NCBI RefSeq assembly: GCF_000018105.1
Contig: NC_009925.1
Location: forward strand, 6,000,001 to 6,032,000
Length of the DNA: 32,000 nucleotides
Direction: 5' to 3'
Origin: Acaryochloris marina MBIC11017
GTDB lineage: Bacteria; Cyanobacteriota; Cyanobacteriia; Thermosynechococcales; Thermosynechococcaceae
Part shown: one piece after another, positions 17,030 to 26,769 of the stretch
How the letters are laid out: the number at the start of each line of letters is the position of its first letter
Numbering within the stretch: position 1 is the stretch's first letter
Translations under genes and position numbers: made by a program
Notes under the pieces: generated by a model
What the model was told of the DNA's origin: nothing
The model's database searches: none
What the model saw: only the letters and a program-made list of their open reading frames with translations

Positions 17030-19984
17030 TTATTGCTCAGCGTAGTCTGATAGCGGTGCACAGGAGCAGACCAAGTTACGATCGCCATAGGCATTGTTAA
17101 TCCGACTGACGGCAGGCCAGAACTTAAATTCCCGAGTCCAGGGTGCAGGATAAGCTGCCTTCTCTCTTGAATAAGGTCGGTCCCAGCTATCGGCAATGAC
17201 CACATCGGCAGGATGGGGTGCATTTTTTAAGACGTTGTTCTGGGCGTCTGCCTGGCCTGCCTCAATTTCGGCAATCTCTGCTCGGATGGCAATCATTGCT
17301 TCGCAGAATCGGTCTAGTTCAGCCTTGGATTCGCTTTCCGTCGGCTCAATCATAATAGTGCCAGGGACTGGCCAAGACACGGTCGGTGCATGATAGCCAT
17401 AGTCCATCAGTCGTTTGGCAATATCTTCGACCTCAATCTCAGCCGTTTTCTTCACGCCTCTTAAGTCCAGAATGCATTCATGGGCCACTAAACCCGACTT
17501 ACCCTTGTAAAGGACGGGGTAATAAGCTTCCAGGCGCTTGGCAATATAGTTCGCATTCAGTATCGCCACCTTGGTTGCCTGAGTTAACCCCTTCGCGCCC
17601 ATCAAGGCAATATACACCCAAGAGATGGGCAGAATACTGGCACTCCCCCAAGGGGCAGCCGCTACGGCACCAATGCCTGCTTCTCCTCCCATGGAGACGA
17701 CTGGATGTTGAGGAATAAACGGAGCAAGGTGGGCTGCTACGCCAATTGGCCCCATGCCTGGGCCACCGCCACCATGGGGAATACAGAATGTCTTATGCAA
17801 ATTCAGGTGACAGACATCCGCTCCAATATCACCAGGACGACATAACCCTACCTGGGCGTTGAGGTTAGCGCCATCCATATAGACCTGCCCGCCACACTCA
17901 TGGATCAGGTCACAGATCTCTTGAATGGTTTCTTCAAAGACGCCGTGGGTAGACGGATAGGTCACCATCAGGGCCGATAGATGGTCGCGATGCTGTTCTG
18001 CTTTTTGGCGCAGATCGGTCATATCGATATTGCCCAGCTCATCGCAGGCTACAACCACCACTTTCATCCCAGCCATCACTGCACTGGCAGGATTGGTGCC
18101 GTGGGCAGAGTCTGGAATTAAGCAGATATTGCGATGGGTTTCTCCTCGGCTAGCGTGATATTGATGAATCACCAACAAGCCGGTGTATTCTCCTTGGGAA
18201 CCCGCATTGGGTTGAAGAGAAATCCCGGCAAATCCAGTAATTTCTGCCAGCATGGCTTCCAACTGCTGGAAAAGCACTTTGTAACCCTGGGCTTGCTCCA
18301 CGGGGACAAACGGATGGAGTTGACCAAACTCAGGCCAAGTCACGGGCACCATCTCCGAGGTACCATTCAGCTTCATGGTGCAGGACCCCAGGGGAATCAT
18401 GGAGGTGGTTAAAGACAAATCCTTAGCCTGCAGTCGATGCATATAGCGAAGCAGCTCTGACTCTGAATGGTAGTTGTTAAAAACCGGCTCAGTCAGATAA
18501 GGGCTGGTGCGTTGATGCAGCTCAGGATAGTCAATGGTGGTTTCAGCTAGTAAATCTTCTAGGGTAAAGCTCAGTTCACCCGAAGAAAATAGGCTGAGGA
18601 CATCCCAAAGATCCTTTGGGGTGGTGGTTTCATCAAAAGCTATGCTTACAGTCTCATCATCTAGATACCGAAGATTGATGGATTGGGATTGCGATCGCAC
18701 CCGCAATTCCTCCGCCGACAACGTTCCTAACTTCACCGTTACCGTATCGAAGAATAGCGCTGAGGTCAGTTCAAACCCCAGCTTCTTCAACCCAGCTCCT
18801 AGCAAACTGGTTAATCCATGCACCCGGTTCGCGATTTGTTTTAACCCTTGAGGACCGTGGTAGACCGCATACATCCCAGCAATCACAGCTAATAAAACTT
18901 GAGCTGTACAAATATTGCTGGTCGCCTTATCCCGACGAATATGTTGTTCACGGGTTTGCAGCGCCAGTCTTAGGGCTGGCTTATCTTGAACGTCATGGGA
19001 AATTCCGACGATGCGACCGGGAATTTTGCGCTGATAGGCTGCTCGGGTTGCAAAAAATGCGGCATGGGGACCGCCATACCCCAGAGGTACGCCAAACCGT
19101 TGGCTATTACCCACGGCAATATCAGCGCCCCATTCTCCCGGAGGTGTTAGCAATAGTAGGCTGAGCAAATCTGTGGCTACGGTGACTAAGGCTCCGGCCT
19201 GATGGGCAGCTTCTACAAAGGTTCGATAGTCATGAATGCTCCCATCTGTAGTCGGGTATTGGAGCACTGCTCCAAAGGTTGCATGGTCAGCAAAATCATA
19301 TTGCTGGTGATCACCGACAATGACCTCAATGCCTAGGGGCAATGCCCGAGTACGAATAATATCAATGGTTTGGGGATGGCATTGCTCTGAAACAAAAAAG
19401 GTGTTAGCCGTCTGCTTCTTTTGCAGGTTATAGCTCATGGCCATCGCCTCAGCCGCAGCAGTCCCTTCATCCAACAGGGAGGCATTGGCAATTTCCAAAC
19501 CCGTTAAGTCCATCACCATGGTTTGGTAATTGAGCAGAGCCTCTAATCGACCCTGGGCAATTTCAGCTTGGTAGGGGGTGTATTGGGTATACCAACCTGG
19601 GTTCTCCAGAATATTCCGCTGAATGACTGGAGGGGTAATACATCCGGCATACCCCATGCCAATATAGGACCGAAAAATTTGATTCTTAGCAGCAATTGAG
19701 CGTAATTCTTGGATTAGCTCATATTCTCCCCGCTCATGCCCCAACTTTAGAGGCTGCTTGAGGCGAATTTGAGTAGGTACTGCTGCATCAATCAACGCCT
19801 CCAAGTCTTCAACATTCATCGTGTCTAGCATCTGATTGATGTCTGATTCGCTGGGGCCGATGTGGCGGTGAGCAAAGGTATCAGATGGTTTCAGGAGTGT
19901 AGCCAGGGAATCAAACTTGCTGATATCTCCTGAAGAGGATGAAAGTCCAGCAAAAACGGGAGTCGATGTTGGGGATTGGGTCAT
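17030..19984 (-). CDS. gcvP: Glycine dehydrogenase (decarboxylating), glycine cleavage system P protein
   Basis: This is a single-chain P protein of about 984 aa. It has typical N-terminal FxxRHIGP and [18 protein letters not shown]-like ([18 protein letters not shown]) segments, and the PLP-Lys region [19 protein letters not shown] prefer the ATG at 19984 (MTQSPTS...) to the TTG at 20008. Confidence 0.95.
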   Translation of the reverse strand: MTQSPTSTPVFAGLSSSSGDISKFDSLATLLKPSDTFAHRHIGPSESDINQMLDTMNVEDLEALIDAAVPTQIRLKQPLKLGHERGEYELIQELRSIAAKNQIFRSYIGMGYAGCITPPVIQRNILENPGWYTQYTPYQAEIAQGRLEALLNYQTMVMDLTGLEIANASLLDEGTAAAEAMAMSYNLQKKQTANTFFVSEQCHPQTIDIIRTRALPLGIEVIVGDHQQYDFADHATFGAVLQYPTTDGSIHDYRTFVEAAHQAGALVTVATDLLSLLLLTPPGEWGADIAVGNSQRFGVPLGYGGPHAAFFATRAAYQRKIPGRIVGISHDVQDKPALRLALQTREQHIRRDKATSNICTAQVLLAVIAGMYAVYHGPQGLKQIANRVHGLTSLLGAGLKKLGFELTSALFFDTVTVKLGTLSAEELRVRSQSQSINLRYLDDETVSIAFDETTTPKDLWDVLSLFSSGELSFTLEDLLAETTIDYPELHQRTSPYLTEPVFNNYHSESELLRYMHRLQAKDLSLTTSMIPLGSCTMKLNGTSEMVPVTWPEFGQLHPFVPVEQAQGYKVLFQQLEAMLAEITGFAGISLQPNAGSQGEYTGLLVIHQYHASRGETHRNICLIPDSAHGTNPASAVMAGMKVVVVACDELGNIDMTDLRQKAEQHRDHLSALMVTYPSTHGVFEETIQEICDLIHECGGQVYMDGANLNAQVGLCRPGDIGADVCHLNLHKTFCIPHGGGGPGMGPIGVAAHLAPFIPQHPVVSMGGEAGIGAVAAAPWGSASILPISWVYIALMGAKGLTQATKVAILNANYIAKRLEAYYPVLYKGKSGLVAHECILDLRGVKKTAEIEVEDIAKRLMDYGYHAPTVSWPVPGTIMIEPTESESKAELDRFCEAMIAIRAEIAEIEAGQADAQNNVLKNAPHPADVVIADSWDRPYSREKAAYPAPWTREFKFWPAVSRINNAYGDRNLVCSCAPLSDYAEQ

Positions 19985-20196
19985 AATCAGCAAATATGCC
20001 TCAAACAATGAGTCTATGTAGGACAGGCGTATAGGGGATGTTTAAGCACCCTACTCGGTAAATAGGGGTGAAAATTCTATAAGTTTAGCAAAGAGATATG
20101 TAGCAAAATGATCATTCTGCACTTTTAATAGGTTCTTAGTTACCTATCAGCCCTCTCAAAACAGAGGGGAATCGACGCATGACGGGAAAAAAGTAA

Positions 20197-20270
20197 CGGG
20201 ACTGGGCGGACTCGAACCGCCGACCTAGCGCTTAGGAGGCGCTTGCTCTATCCAACTGAGCCACAGCCCC
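20197..20270 (-). tRNA. tRNA-Arg (anticodon CCT)
   Basis: The minus-strand sequence GGGGCTGTGGCTCAGTTGGATAGAGCAAGCGCCTCCTAAGCGCTAGGTCGGCGGTTCGAGTCCGCCCAGTCCCG folds as a cloverleaf. The acceptor stem is GGGGCTG/CAGTCCC (one G-U pair), the anticodon stem AGCGC/GCGCT with loop CTCCTAA, and the T arm GGCGG TTCGAGT CCGCC. CCA is not encoded. Confidence 0.9.
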
Positions 20271-20529
20271 AACTAGAAAAAGACCGAGAACATCACTAGA
20301 GTGTTAACGGCGACTGTAGAAAGGCCACATCATCATAACAAGATAGTCTGTCCTTCCAAATCGCATCATAGGAGAGCGTAAATTGCTGCTGAAGTTGGTG
20401 AAAGTGTGATTGTTCTTTTTTCAAACCATCAAAAGAGGTCACCAACTTTACTGGACTACTGTGGCAGAGAGGATAACCTAGAAAAAATTTGGGTAACGTA
20501 AAGAATGGATATGCGATTAAGGGACAGTC

Positions 20530-21387
20530 ATGAATCATCGAAGCGGCAGGTTTAAAGGGGTTGGAGGTCTCAGCCTGTTCTACCAAACCTGGCAGCCTCT
20601 GAATCAAGTCCAGGCTAATGTTGTCATTGTGCATGGGTTAGGCAGTCACTCCAATACGTTTACCACCCTTGTAGGCCACCTGGTTAAGTGTGGATATGCA
20701 GTTTATAGCTTCGATCTGCGAGGACATGGACAGTCCGAAGGAATGCGCGGTTATATCAACCGATGGTCTGAATTTCGAGAAGATTTAAGGGGATTTATCC
20801 ACTTTGTGACAACAGACTCTCCTCGATGTCCTTCCTTTATTTATGGCCACAGTTTAGGGGCAACCATTGCTTTAGATTATGTTGTTCGTCTCCCCCATGG
20901 CATTCAAGGGGTTATTTTGAGTGCGTTGCCGATTGGCAAAGTTGGACTATCTCCCGTTAAATTCTTTATCGGCCGAATTTTGTCTTCCATTTGGCCCAGT
21001 TTTGCTCTTAATACAGGAATTGATTTATCGGCGGGCTCTCGTAATCCTGCCGTTGTTCAGGCTCATGCTCAAGATCCTCTCCGCCATACCCGGGGTAGGG
21101 CTCGGATGTCGACAGAATTTTTCTCAACGTTGGATTGGTTAAACGCCCATGTTGAGGAGTTGAAAATTCCAGTGCTTATGCTGCATGGTGCGGCTGATCG
21201 AACGATTCCACCGGACTCTAGTCGTGATTACTTTCAAGGCATTACCTATTCAGATAAAACATATATTGAATATCCGAATGCTTACCATGATCTTCATCTA
21301 GATCTCGGTTATCAGACGGTTTTAGCGGATGTGGAACATTGGTTGGAACATCATCTGACCCACTCTGCACTGCCAGAAAAAGCTTGA
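20530..21387 (+). CDS. Alpha/beta hydrolase (lysophospholipase / monoacylglycerol lipase-like)
   Basis: It has an HG oxyanion motif (VVIVHGLGSHS), the nucleophile elbow GHSLGA, and C-terminal AYHDLH (catalytic His region). Confidence 0.85.
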   Translation: MNHRSGRFKGVGGLSLFYQTWQPLNQVQANVVIVHGLGSHSNTFTTLVGHLVKCGYAVYSFDLRGHGQSEGMRGYINRWSEFREDLRGFIHFVTTDSPRCPSFIYGHSLGATIALDYVVRLPHGIQGVILSALPIGKVGLSPVKFFIGRILSSIWPSFALNTGIDLSAGSRNPAVVQAHAQDPLRHTRGRARMSTEFFSTLDWLNAHVEELKIPVLMLHGAADRTIPPDSSRDYFQGITYSDKTYIEYPNAYHDLHLDLGYQTVLADVEHWLEHHLTHSALPEKA

Positions 21388-21444
21388 ATAGAAATTTAGT
21401 TCAGACTCTTGAATAACCTGGTTTCATTAGGAATTAACTCAATA

Positions 21445-22332
21445 CTACTTCAGTGAAATGTCTTGTTTATGAGTTAAACACATGGCAATGCCTTTTTCGT
21501 AATAGGCTGCTTCATTGATAAAAATGGGCCAAACAGTCGAGCAACCTTCATAGAAAAGAGTTTGGTCTTCAAAGGTTAAGAATATCGGATCACCTGGATT
21601 TAGGGGTTGATAGTCCCTGCCTTGAAGTTGAGGATGAATCATACCTGCTAATTCTCCATTTGATGTTTTTGGATAATCGACGACCTCAAGATGCTGAAAT
21701 AGAGTGAGTGTTTTGGGTAAAGGAGGGGAGGCGCCTCGATTGACCTGCTCTAAATAGTCCAGGGTTTGATGAATTAAGGTTTCGGTCTCCTTAAATAAGG
21801 AAGCCAGAAGGATGCCTTGGGGAATTGGCCCCACTTCGATGGCGAAACCCAGTTGACACAGGGAGCTGACAAAAGCATTCTCCTGATTCTCTTGGGTCCA
21901 ACGGTAGACCCGCACTTGAGGATTGTGATGGGTCAAGTAGGCCGCTAAATGGAGATTAAAGGGATGGTCATTTACCAGTATGAGAGTTAACCCCATATTG
22001 GCTGTGGTGGAATGTAGATCTAATAGGAAATTTTCGGAATTCCCTTTAGGCCCTAATTGCTCGTGAAGGACTTTAGCCTGTTTCTCTTCGTGTCGACCTA
22101 ACAGATGATTATCTAAATCAGCTTTGATAAAACACCGGTTCAAATCAGTTTCAATGTATCGTTGATTTTCTTTGCAGGCTTGAGGATTACCAATGAGACA
22201 ATTGGTTGTCAGGTTAGGTCGAAAGAGTAATGATGAATCTTGATTAAATTTCTTGACTAAATACAATCCTATACGTTCATTCCCATGGGTTCCCCCGACA
22301 ATGACAACCTGTCGAATATGATTGGTGTTCAA
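21445..22332 (-). CDS. Aspartoacylase-family (AstE/AspA) zinc deacylase
   Basis: There is strong motif-by-motif similarity to aspartoacylase: GGTHGNE, DLNRCF, DLHSTTANMG, IEVGPIPQG, VDYP...GE...IHPQLQGRDYQPLNPGDPIFLTF, and FINEAAYYEKG. Confidence 0.9.
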   Translation of the reverse strand: MNTNHIRQVVIVGGTHGNERIGLYLVKKFNQDSSLLFRPNLTTNCLIGNPQACKENQRYIETDLNRCFIKADLDNHLLGRHEEKQAKVLHEQLGPKGNSENFLLDLHSTTANMGLTLILVNDHPFNLHLAAYLTHHNPQVRVYRWTQENQENAFVSSLCQLGFAIEVGPIPQGILLASLFKETETLIHQTLDYLEQVNRGASPPLPKTLTLFQHLEVVDYPKTSNGELAGMIHPQLQGRDYQPLNPGDPIFLTFEDQTLFYEGCSTVWPIFINEAAYYEKGIAMCLTHKQDISLK

Positions 22333-22554
22333 TAGATAGCCTCAAAAGCATTATATTGTTTTGTGGAGGTCATAATTACCAATCTATACGGCAAAAAATG
22401 GAGTAAAGGTAGTTAAGAATGACAAATATAAGTATGGGGTTTCTAAAATAATTGAAAACTCTTAAGTGGATTACCAATACCCTGCTTCATAATTTTATCA
22501 AGTCCTCATGATTAGGGAATAATAAAATTACCCCCTTTGTATAGTTTGCTCCTT

Positions 22555-23880
22555 ATGCGCATTAGGTCTCCTCACCAGACCTCCCTCCGCCAGCGTTTAA
22601 GCATCGGTCTAGGAACGATGTTAGTCCCCTTTTTATTACTGGCAGGAGGGGCATTGGTATCCTTTGAGGGGGCAATAGATAGTTTTGAAAAGCAAGAAAA
22701 TGTTGGACTAGAAGAATTATTCCCCTTAGCTAGAATAGAGGGATTAATGCTTGACATTTCTGGGGTTGTAAATGTAGAAGATACTGCCTCAAAAAAAGTT
22801 TCTGTTGCTAAATTTAAAAAAACTGCTGCTGATATTAACTACAATTTCAAAATTATCTTAACTCGGCCTTCACAATTGCCTGAACGGAATGAATCGATAT
22901 ACCGAATTCAGGAAGAATGGAATCAACTAGAAGATTTAGGCTTAGAGATCGTAGGATCTAGTAGTCAGGCTTATAAAGCTGATAAAACTGCCAAAATATC
23001 CGAATTTCAGTTAAAACTGCAGGAAATACTGCAAAATGTACAAGAGCTCAATTATCGACTCATTGCATTTCAAAATACTGAAAATCTTCGACAAGCTCAA
23101 TTAGTCAGAGGAAGGGTCAGGCTATTAGTTGCCATCATTTTCCTTTTGGCTTTAACCATAGCGGTGATTTGTGCCTATGCTTTATCTCGATCGATCTTGG
23201 TTCCTTTGTATCGGTTACAAGAGGGGGTAAAGCATTTAGCAGATGGCAACTTGAAATATCGAATTAAACTCAAAACCCAAGATGAGTTTTCTCGCCTAGC
23301 CAATACTTTTAATGCCATGGCAGGAAGTTTAGAGCAAAGCCAAACAGATTTAGAACGGTTAGCAACTTTAGATGGCCTGACGGAGGTGTATAACCGCCGA
23401 GAATTTAACCGCTGGTTATCGGTGGAGTTTGAACGCTCTAGACGCGATGAACATCCCGTTTCTTTAATTATGGTGGATCTCGATCATTTCAAACAACTAA
23501 ATGATACCTATGGTCATCAGGCTGGGGATGAAGCGTTATGTTGTGTTGCTCAACTTCTCAGGAAAGAAGTGCGTCCAGGGGATATCGTCAGCCGCTATGG
23601 CGGAGAGGAATTTGCGATTATATTACCCAAATCCTCTGTAGAAGACAGTGTGGCGGTGGCCCATCGTATTCGTCGAGAAATTGCAATTCAACCCATTCGT
23701 ATTTCTTCGGAAGATCGCATCCATCTAACGGCAAGTTTGGGGTTAGCAACATTTCCGAGTGATGTGCAGTCAGAAGAGGCACTTTTACGAAAAGCCGATC
23801 AGGCCCTATTTCAAGCGAAGAAACTGGGCCGAAATCGAGTTTGTTTGGCAACAGAGGTCTCTCGATCAAGTCCAGGTTAA
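22555..23880 (+). CDS. Membrane-anchored sensor diguanylate cyclase (periplasmic/extracytoplasmic region, TM, HAMP, GGDEF)
   Basis: Two hydrophobic segments (LGTMLVPFLLLAGGALV and LLVAIIFLLALTIAVICAYAL) flank a region of about 150 aa. HAMP-like LYRLQEGVKHLADGNLKYRI...EFSRLANTFNAMAGSL follows. The GGDEF domain has LDHFKQLNDTYGH and RYGGEEF. I prefer the ATG at 22555 to the TTG at 22537. Confidence 0.9.
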   Translation: MRIRSPHQTSLRQRLSIGLGTMLVPFLLLAGGALVSFEGAIDSFEKQENVGLEELFPLARIEGLMLDISGVVNVEDTASKKVSVAKFKKTAADINYNFKIILTRPSQLPERNESIYRIQEEWNQLEDLGLEIVGSSSQAYKADKTAKISEFQLKLQEILQNVQELNYRLIAFQNTENLRQAQLVRGRVRLLVAIIFLLALTIAVICAYALSRSILVPLYRLQEGVKHLADGNLKYRIKLKTQDEFSRLANTFNAMAGSLEQSQTDLERLATLDGLTEVYNRREFNRWLSVEFERSRRDEHPVSLIMVDLDHFKQLNDTYGHQAGDEALCCVAQLLRKEVRPGDIVSRYGGEEFAIILPKSSVEDSVAVAHRIRREIAIQPIRISSEDRIHLTASLGLATFPSDVQSEEALLRKADQALFQAKKLGRNRVCLATEVSRSSPG

Positions 23881-24316
23881 TTTGCTCAGTTTTCTTCTCT
23901 TTAGTCTAGTTAAAACTACGGAGTGAGTGAGAATGTAACAGATTTACAGGGAGGAATGTAATTCCCTGAGGTCTCGAATATCAGTATTCCTCCGGTCGAA
24001 AAAATTGCGAGACCAACGAATAATGAGAATTAGGTGTAAAGATACATTTCTTGCAATGAAAGTTGTTAGTGAGTCTATCAATGCCTTCATAAATTTGATG
24101 CCTCACGTTTACAAGGCCCTCCAAGGAAGGGGCATGGCAGTGTTAAGGGTATTGAGTTTAGAACACCAATTAAGGTTTGATATTGACCGGATATTGAGAA
24201 CGAATTGAGGCTACATCATTTGATGAGTGTAAGATTTGAACGCTGATGAGGCTATGATGATGCGTCAAAGTGAGGTGAGGAATCTGATTCAGCGGCTGGT
24301 GCTGGAATTGAAATTG

Positions 24317-24829
24317 ATGCCAGCCAGTCCAACTTGTGCTGACAGTCGAGAGATGGGTTTTACGTTGATAGAAGTACTCGTGGCGATGATTGTTGCCGCT
24401 GTTTTTGTCTCAATGACGATGCAAGCCATTGTTACCTCTGCTGCGTTTCGCGTTGTGGCCACTCAATATGATGAAGCAGTGAGTTGGATCCAAGAAGACT
24501 TGGAAATGGTGGTTAATCAAGCGACCCAGTATGAAGTAGCGACCCAACCCTATTCTTCTCGATGTTTAGCAACTCTGAGTAGTAATGGTTTAGCGGCGGG
24601 GTTTCTAAATGATTCTGTAGTGGGTTTAGGGGGGGCCTCTACCACTAGTGGCCCGAGGGCTTTGGGGGGAAAAAACTATACACTAACGCGCACAGCCAAT
24701 TATGCTAGTTCATCGGACCCATTTCGATTGTTAAATGTGACTTACCAGGTGACGGCAGAGGGGGAAAGCAAGCCGATTGCGATAGTTAATACTGAAGTGA
24801 TCCCCCATGCTGTGTTCAAGTGTCCTTAA
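24317..24829 (+). CDS. Prepilin-type N-terminal methylation-domain protein (PilV-like minor pilin/pseudopilin)
   Basis: The class III signal is G|FTLIEVLVAMIVAAVFVSMTM. The start is uncertain: TTG 24236, ATG 24254, ATG 24317 (14-aa leader, chosen here), or ATG 24353. Confidence 0.7.
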   Translation: MPASPTCADSREMGFTLIEVLVAMIVAAVFVSMTMQAIVTSAAFRVVATQYDEAVSWIQEDLEMVVNQATQYEVATQPYSSRCLATLSSNGLAAGFLNDSVVGLGGASTTSGPRALGGKNYTLTRTANYASSSDPFRLLNVTYQVTAEGESKPIAIVNTEVIPHAVFKCP

Positions 24830-24866
24830 TTCGTTCCGATATCCGTTTTAAGTCCTGAGGTTCGTG

Positions 24867-25712
24867 ATGCTCCCCAACAACTTGAAATTGCCTCCGTACA
24901 AGTTATCTCCGGTATCTGGATTTACCTTGATAGAGAAGATGGTGATTGTGGCCATTTTGGGGATTGTTGCTAGCATTTCTGCGCCGGGGGTTTGGGGAAT
25001 GCTGAATCGAGCCAAACTGAAGCAAACCGTTGCTGAAGTTCGGACTGCTCTGAACGAAACCCAACGGGAAGCGATCCGCGGTAATAAAGTTTGTACCGTT
25101 ACCCTCAATTTTGTGGAAGGGAAGGTGACAGGGTCCTGTTTAAAGACGGGCGATCGCAATTTAGCTTCAGAAATTTCTATCGCTACAAATTTAACCAATG
25201 ACGGTTCGAATCCTCTGACGAGTCAAAAGAGTCGGGTCATATCGGATAGCCAGATTGTGCAAGGGGTGAGTAATGGTGTTTCTCCTTCTTTAATTGCCTT
25301 GTCAGATTCACCAGATCATGGAGATCGAGCTTCCCATGCGGGCATGGTTGTACAAGTCATTTCACCCTGTCGGCCACTCAGCTCTGGACAGTGTGTGCAA
25401 CTAGCAGGTGATTTTGTGGGTGATGAGGATTCACCAGGGACATCTTCTTCCGTAGTGTCCTATGATATTCCCATTCGATTTGGCGTTCTGGGTAACCCCG
25501 ACTTTTCGATTGTTAGTGATGGGAGTAGCCCGACTGACCCTAGTGGCAAGATTGTGTTCTTTTTCCCTGATAATACCCAAGGGACGAAACGTTGTATTGC
25601 TATTTCGAATACTTTGGGACTGACCCGAGTGGGGACTTATACCGGCGAGATGACGCCGTTGGCAATTACGACGACGGGACGTTGCATTGCAGAGAAATGG
25701 GATCAGCAATGA
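24867..25712 (+). CDS. Prepilin-type protein, GspH/FimT-like minor pilin
   Basis: The leader MLPNNLKLPPYKLSPVSG is followed by FTLIEKMVIVAILGIVASISAP. Then LNRAKLKQTVAEVRTALNETQREAIRGNKVCTV matches the GspH/FimT pattern after the N-terminal helix. The middle contains a long Ser/Asp/Gly-rich insertion. Confidence 0.7.
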   Translation: MLPNNLKLPPYKLSPVSGFTLIEKMVIVAILGIVASISAPGVWGMLNRAKLKQTVAEVRTALNETQREAIRGNKVCTVTLNFVEGKVTGSCLKTGDRNLASEISIATNLTNDGSNPLTSQKSRVISDSQIVQGVSNGVSPSLIALSDSPDHGDRASHAGMVVQVISPCRPLSSGQCVQLAGDFVGDEDSPGTSSSVVSYDIPIRFGVLGNPDFSIVSDGSSPTDPSGKIVFFFPDNTQGTKRCIAISNTLGLTRVGTYTGEMTPLAITTTGRCIAEKWDQQ

Positions 25713-26764
25713 GACGTTTCCAACATTGGTGTTTACAGCAGTTTGTGAGGCAGCCTACCCTGCAGGACCATCCTCAATGGCATGAGCAGGGCGTAACCTT
25801 GGTAGAACTCCTTGCGGCAACAATTATTACAGGGTTGGTGACGAGTGTAATTGGGTTTGGGGTGATTACCGCCTCCCAAGCTAACAAAAAAACTGAATCT
25901 GTTGCTGCCCGACGCCATGACCTGAGTAGAGCCTTTGATTTCATTAGCAATGAGATCAGAATGGCCAATCGTATCAATCGCACCAATAATGTTGTGGCTT
26001 CAAACTCTTCGACCTTGGCCAATGTGGTTACGGATGCAGGATTAAACCTGACTGATCTGGGGGCCTATGGAACATTGGTCCTATATCTGGAAATCCCCAT
26101 TAATTCGTCCATTCCTGAGGTTTGTCCAGTAGATGGCCCCAATGCTGGTGTTGCGCCCCCGCAGCCAGCAAACTATGACCGGGTGGTTTATGATGTGCGG
26201 GCCAGCGGGCAAGATTGGCTTCCCCCCAACTCAATTTTTCGATATGGTCGGATTCCAGAGTTGGACGGTAGCATTAATCCTTGTAGTGATCCTATTGCTA
26301 GCGATACTTTGGTGGATGCGATCGCAACTGCGAATGATGAGTCTCCCCCTTGCCCAGCACCGGGTGTACTCGTTGGATCCATGGGGTTTCAAGCCTGCGT
26401 TAAGGGGACACAGGTGGACTTGCTGATGCGAAGCAATATATCGGATGTCGAAATTCATCGTTTGAGTAGTACCGCCACCTCCCGTTTGGGAAATACCCAG
26501 ACTGTCCCAGTCCTGACGGGGACAAGACTGCCTGATACCGATACGGTGGATTTGTCTTGGACATGGTCTGGTCAAACGGCATTGACCACCTATGTGGTGC
26601 AGCAGGTGATCGTCACCAATACATCGCAAGTTTACAGTGGGAGCAATTCTTCCGCTTCAGTGGCGTTGTCGGGGAGTATTGGCGAACAGCATTGCTATTC
26701 AGTGACTGCAACCACTGGGGTGGTGACGAGCCCCGAAAGCAATACCGTGTGTCTTACGAAGTAA
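25709..26764 (+). CDS. Prepilin-type protein (PilW-like) with a C-terminal FN3/Ig-like beta-sandwich
   Basis: The ATG at 25709 overlaps the upstream stop (ATGA, 25709..25712). The leader is MRRFQHWCLQQFVRQPTLQDHPQWHEQG, followed by VTLVELLAATIITGLVTSVIGFGVI. The C-terminus VDLSWTWSG...TTYVVQQ...EQHCYSVTATTGVVTSPESNTVCLT resembles an FN3 pattern. The leader is unusually long, so the start is not certain. Confidence 0.65.
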   Translation: MRRFQHWCLQQFVRQPTLQDHPQWHEQGVTLVELLAATIITGLVTSVIGFGVITASQANKKTESVAARRHDLSRAFDFISNEIRMANRINRTNNVVASNSSTLANVVTDAGLNLTDLGAYGTLVLYLEIPINSSIPEVCPVDGPNAGVAPPQPANYDRVVYDVRASGQDWLPPNSIFRYGRIPELDGSINPCSDPIASDTLVDAIATANDESPPCPAPGVLVGSMGFQACVKGTQVDLLMRSNISDVEIHRLSSTATSRLGNTQTVPVLTGTRLPDTDTVDLSWTWSGQTALTTYVVQQVIVTNTSQVYSGSNSSASVALSGSIGEQHCYSVTATTGVVTSPESNTVCLTK

Positions 26765-26769
26765 AGATC

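Noticed and set aside
17196-18851. Several plus-strand ORFs (17196..17393, 17386..17718, 18134..18412, 18534..18851) and the minus-strand ORF 16963..17223
   Set aside because: All are antisense or alternative-frame shadows of gcvP, or span its terminator hairpin.
20009-20196. Possible glycine riboswitch in the gcvP leader
   Set aside because: I read the minus strand of the leader and found none of the conserved glycine-aptamer blocks (GGAGAG ... CACCGAAGGGGCAA ... CUCAGGCAAAAGGAC-like). Only a 6-bp hairpin, CCCTCT/AGAGGG (about 20149..20166), lies downstream of the tRNA.
20296-20634. 112-aa minus-strand ORF overlapping the start of the alpha/beta hydrolase gene
   Set aside because: It has no recognisable motifs. 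It overlaps the divergent hydrolase start by about 100 nt and would run straight into the tRNA gene. It is probably spurious, although a shorter version starting at 20538 cannot be excluded.
23881-24316. c-di-GMP riboswitch (GEMM-I/II) between the diguanylate cyclase and the pilin genes
   Set aside because: I looked for the conserved ACGCACAGGGCAAACC ... GGGACGCAAAGCC-type blocks on the plus strand and did not see them. The complementarities present are reported separately as unexplained structure.
24848-26629. Minus-strand and alternative-frame ORFs within the pilin cassette (24848..25198, 25431..25709, 25733..25918, 25774..26022, 26133..26426, 26188..26382, 26231..26629, 26400..26582)
   Set aside because: They overlap genes that carry clear prepilin N-terminal motifs, and they have no motifs of their own. 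They are shadow ORFs.
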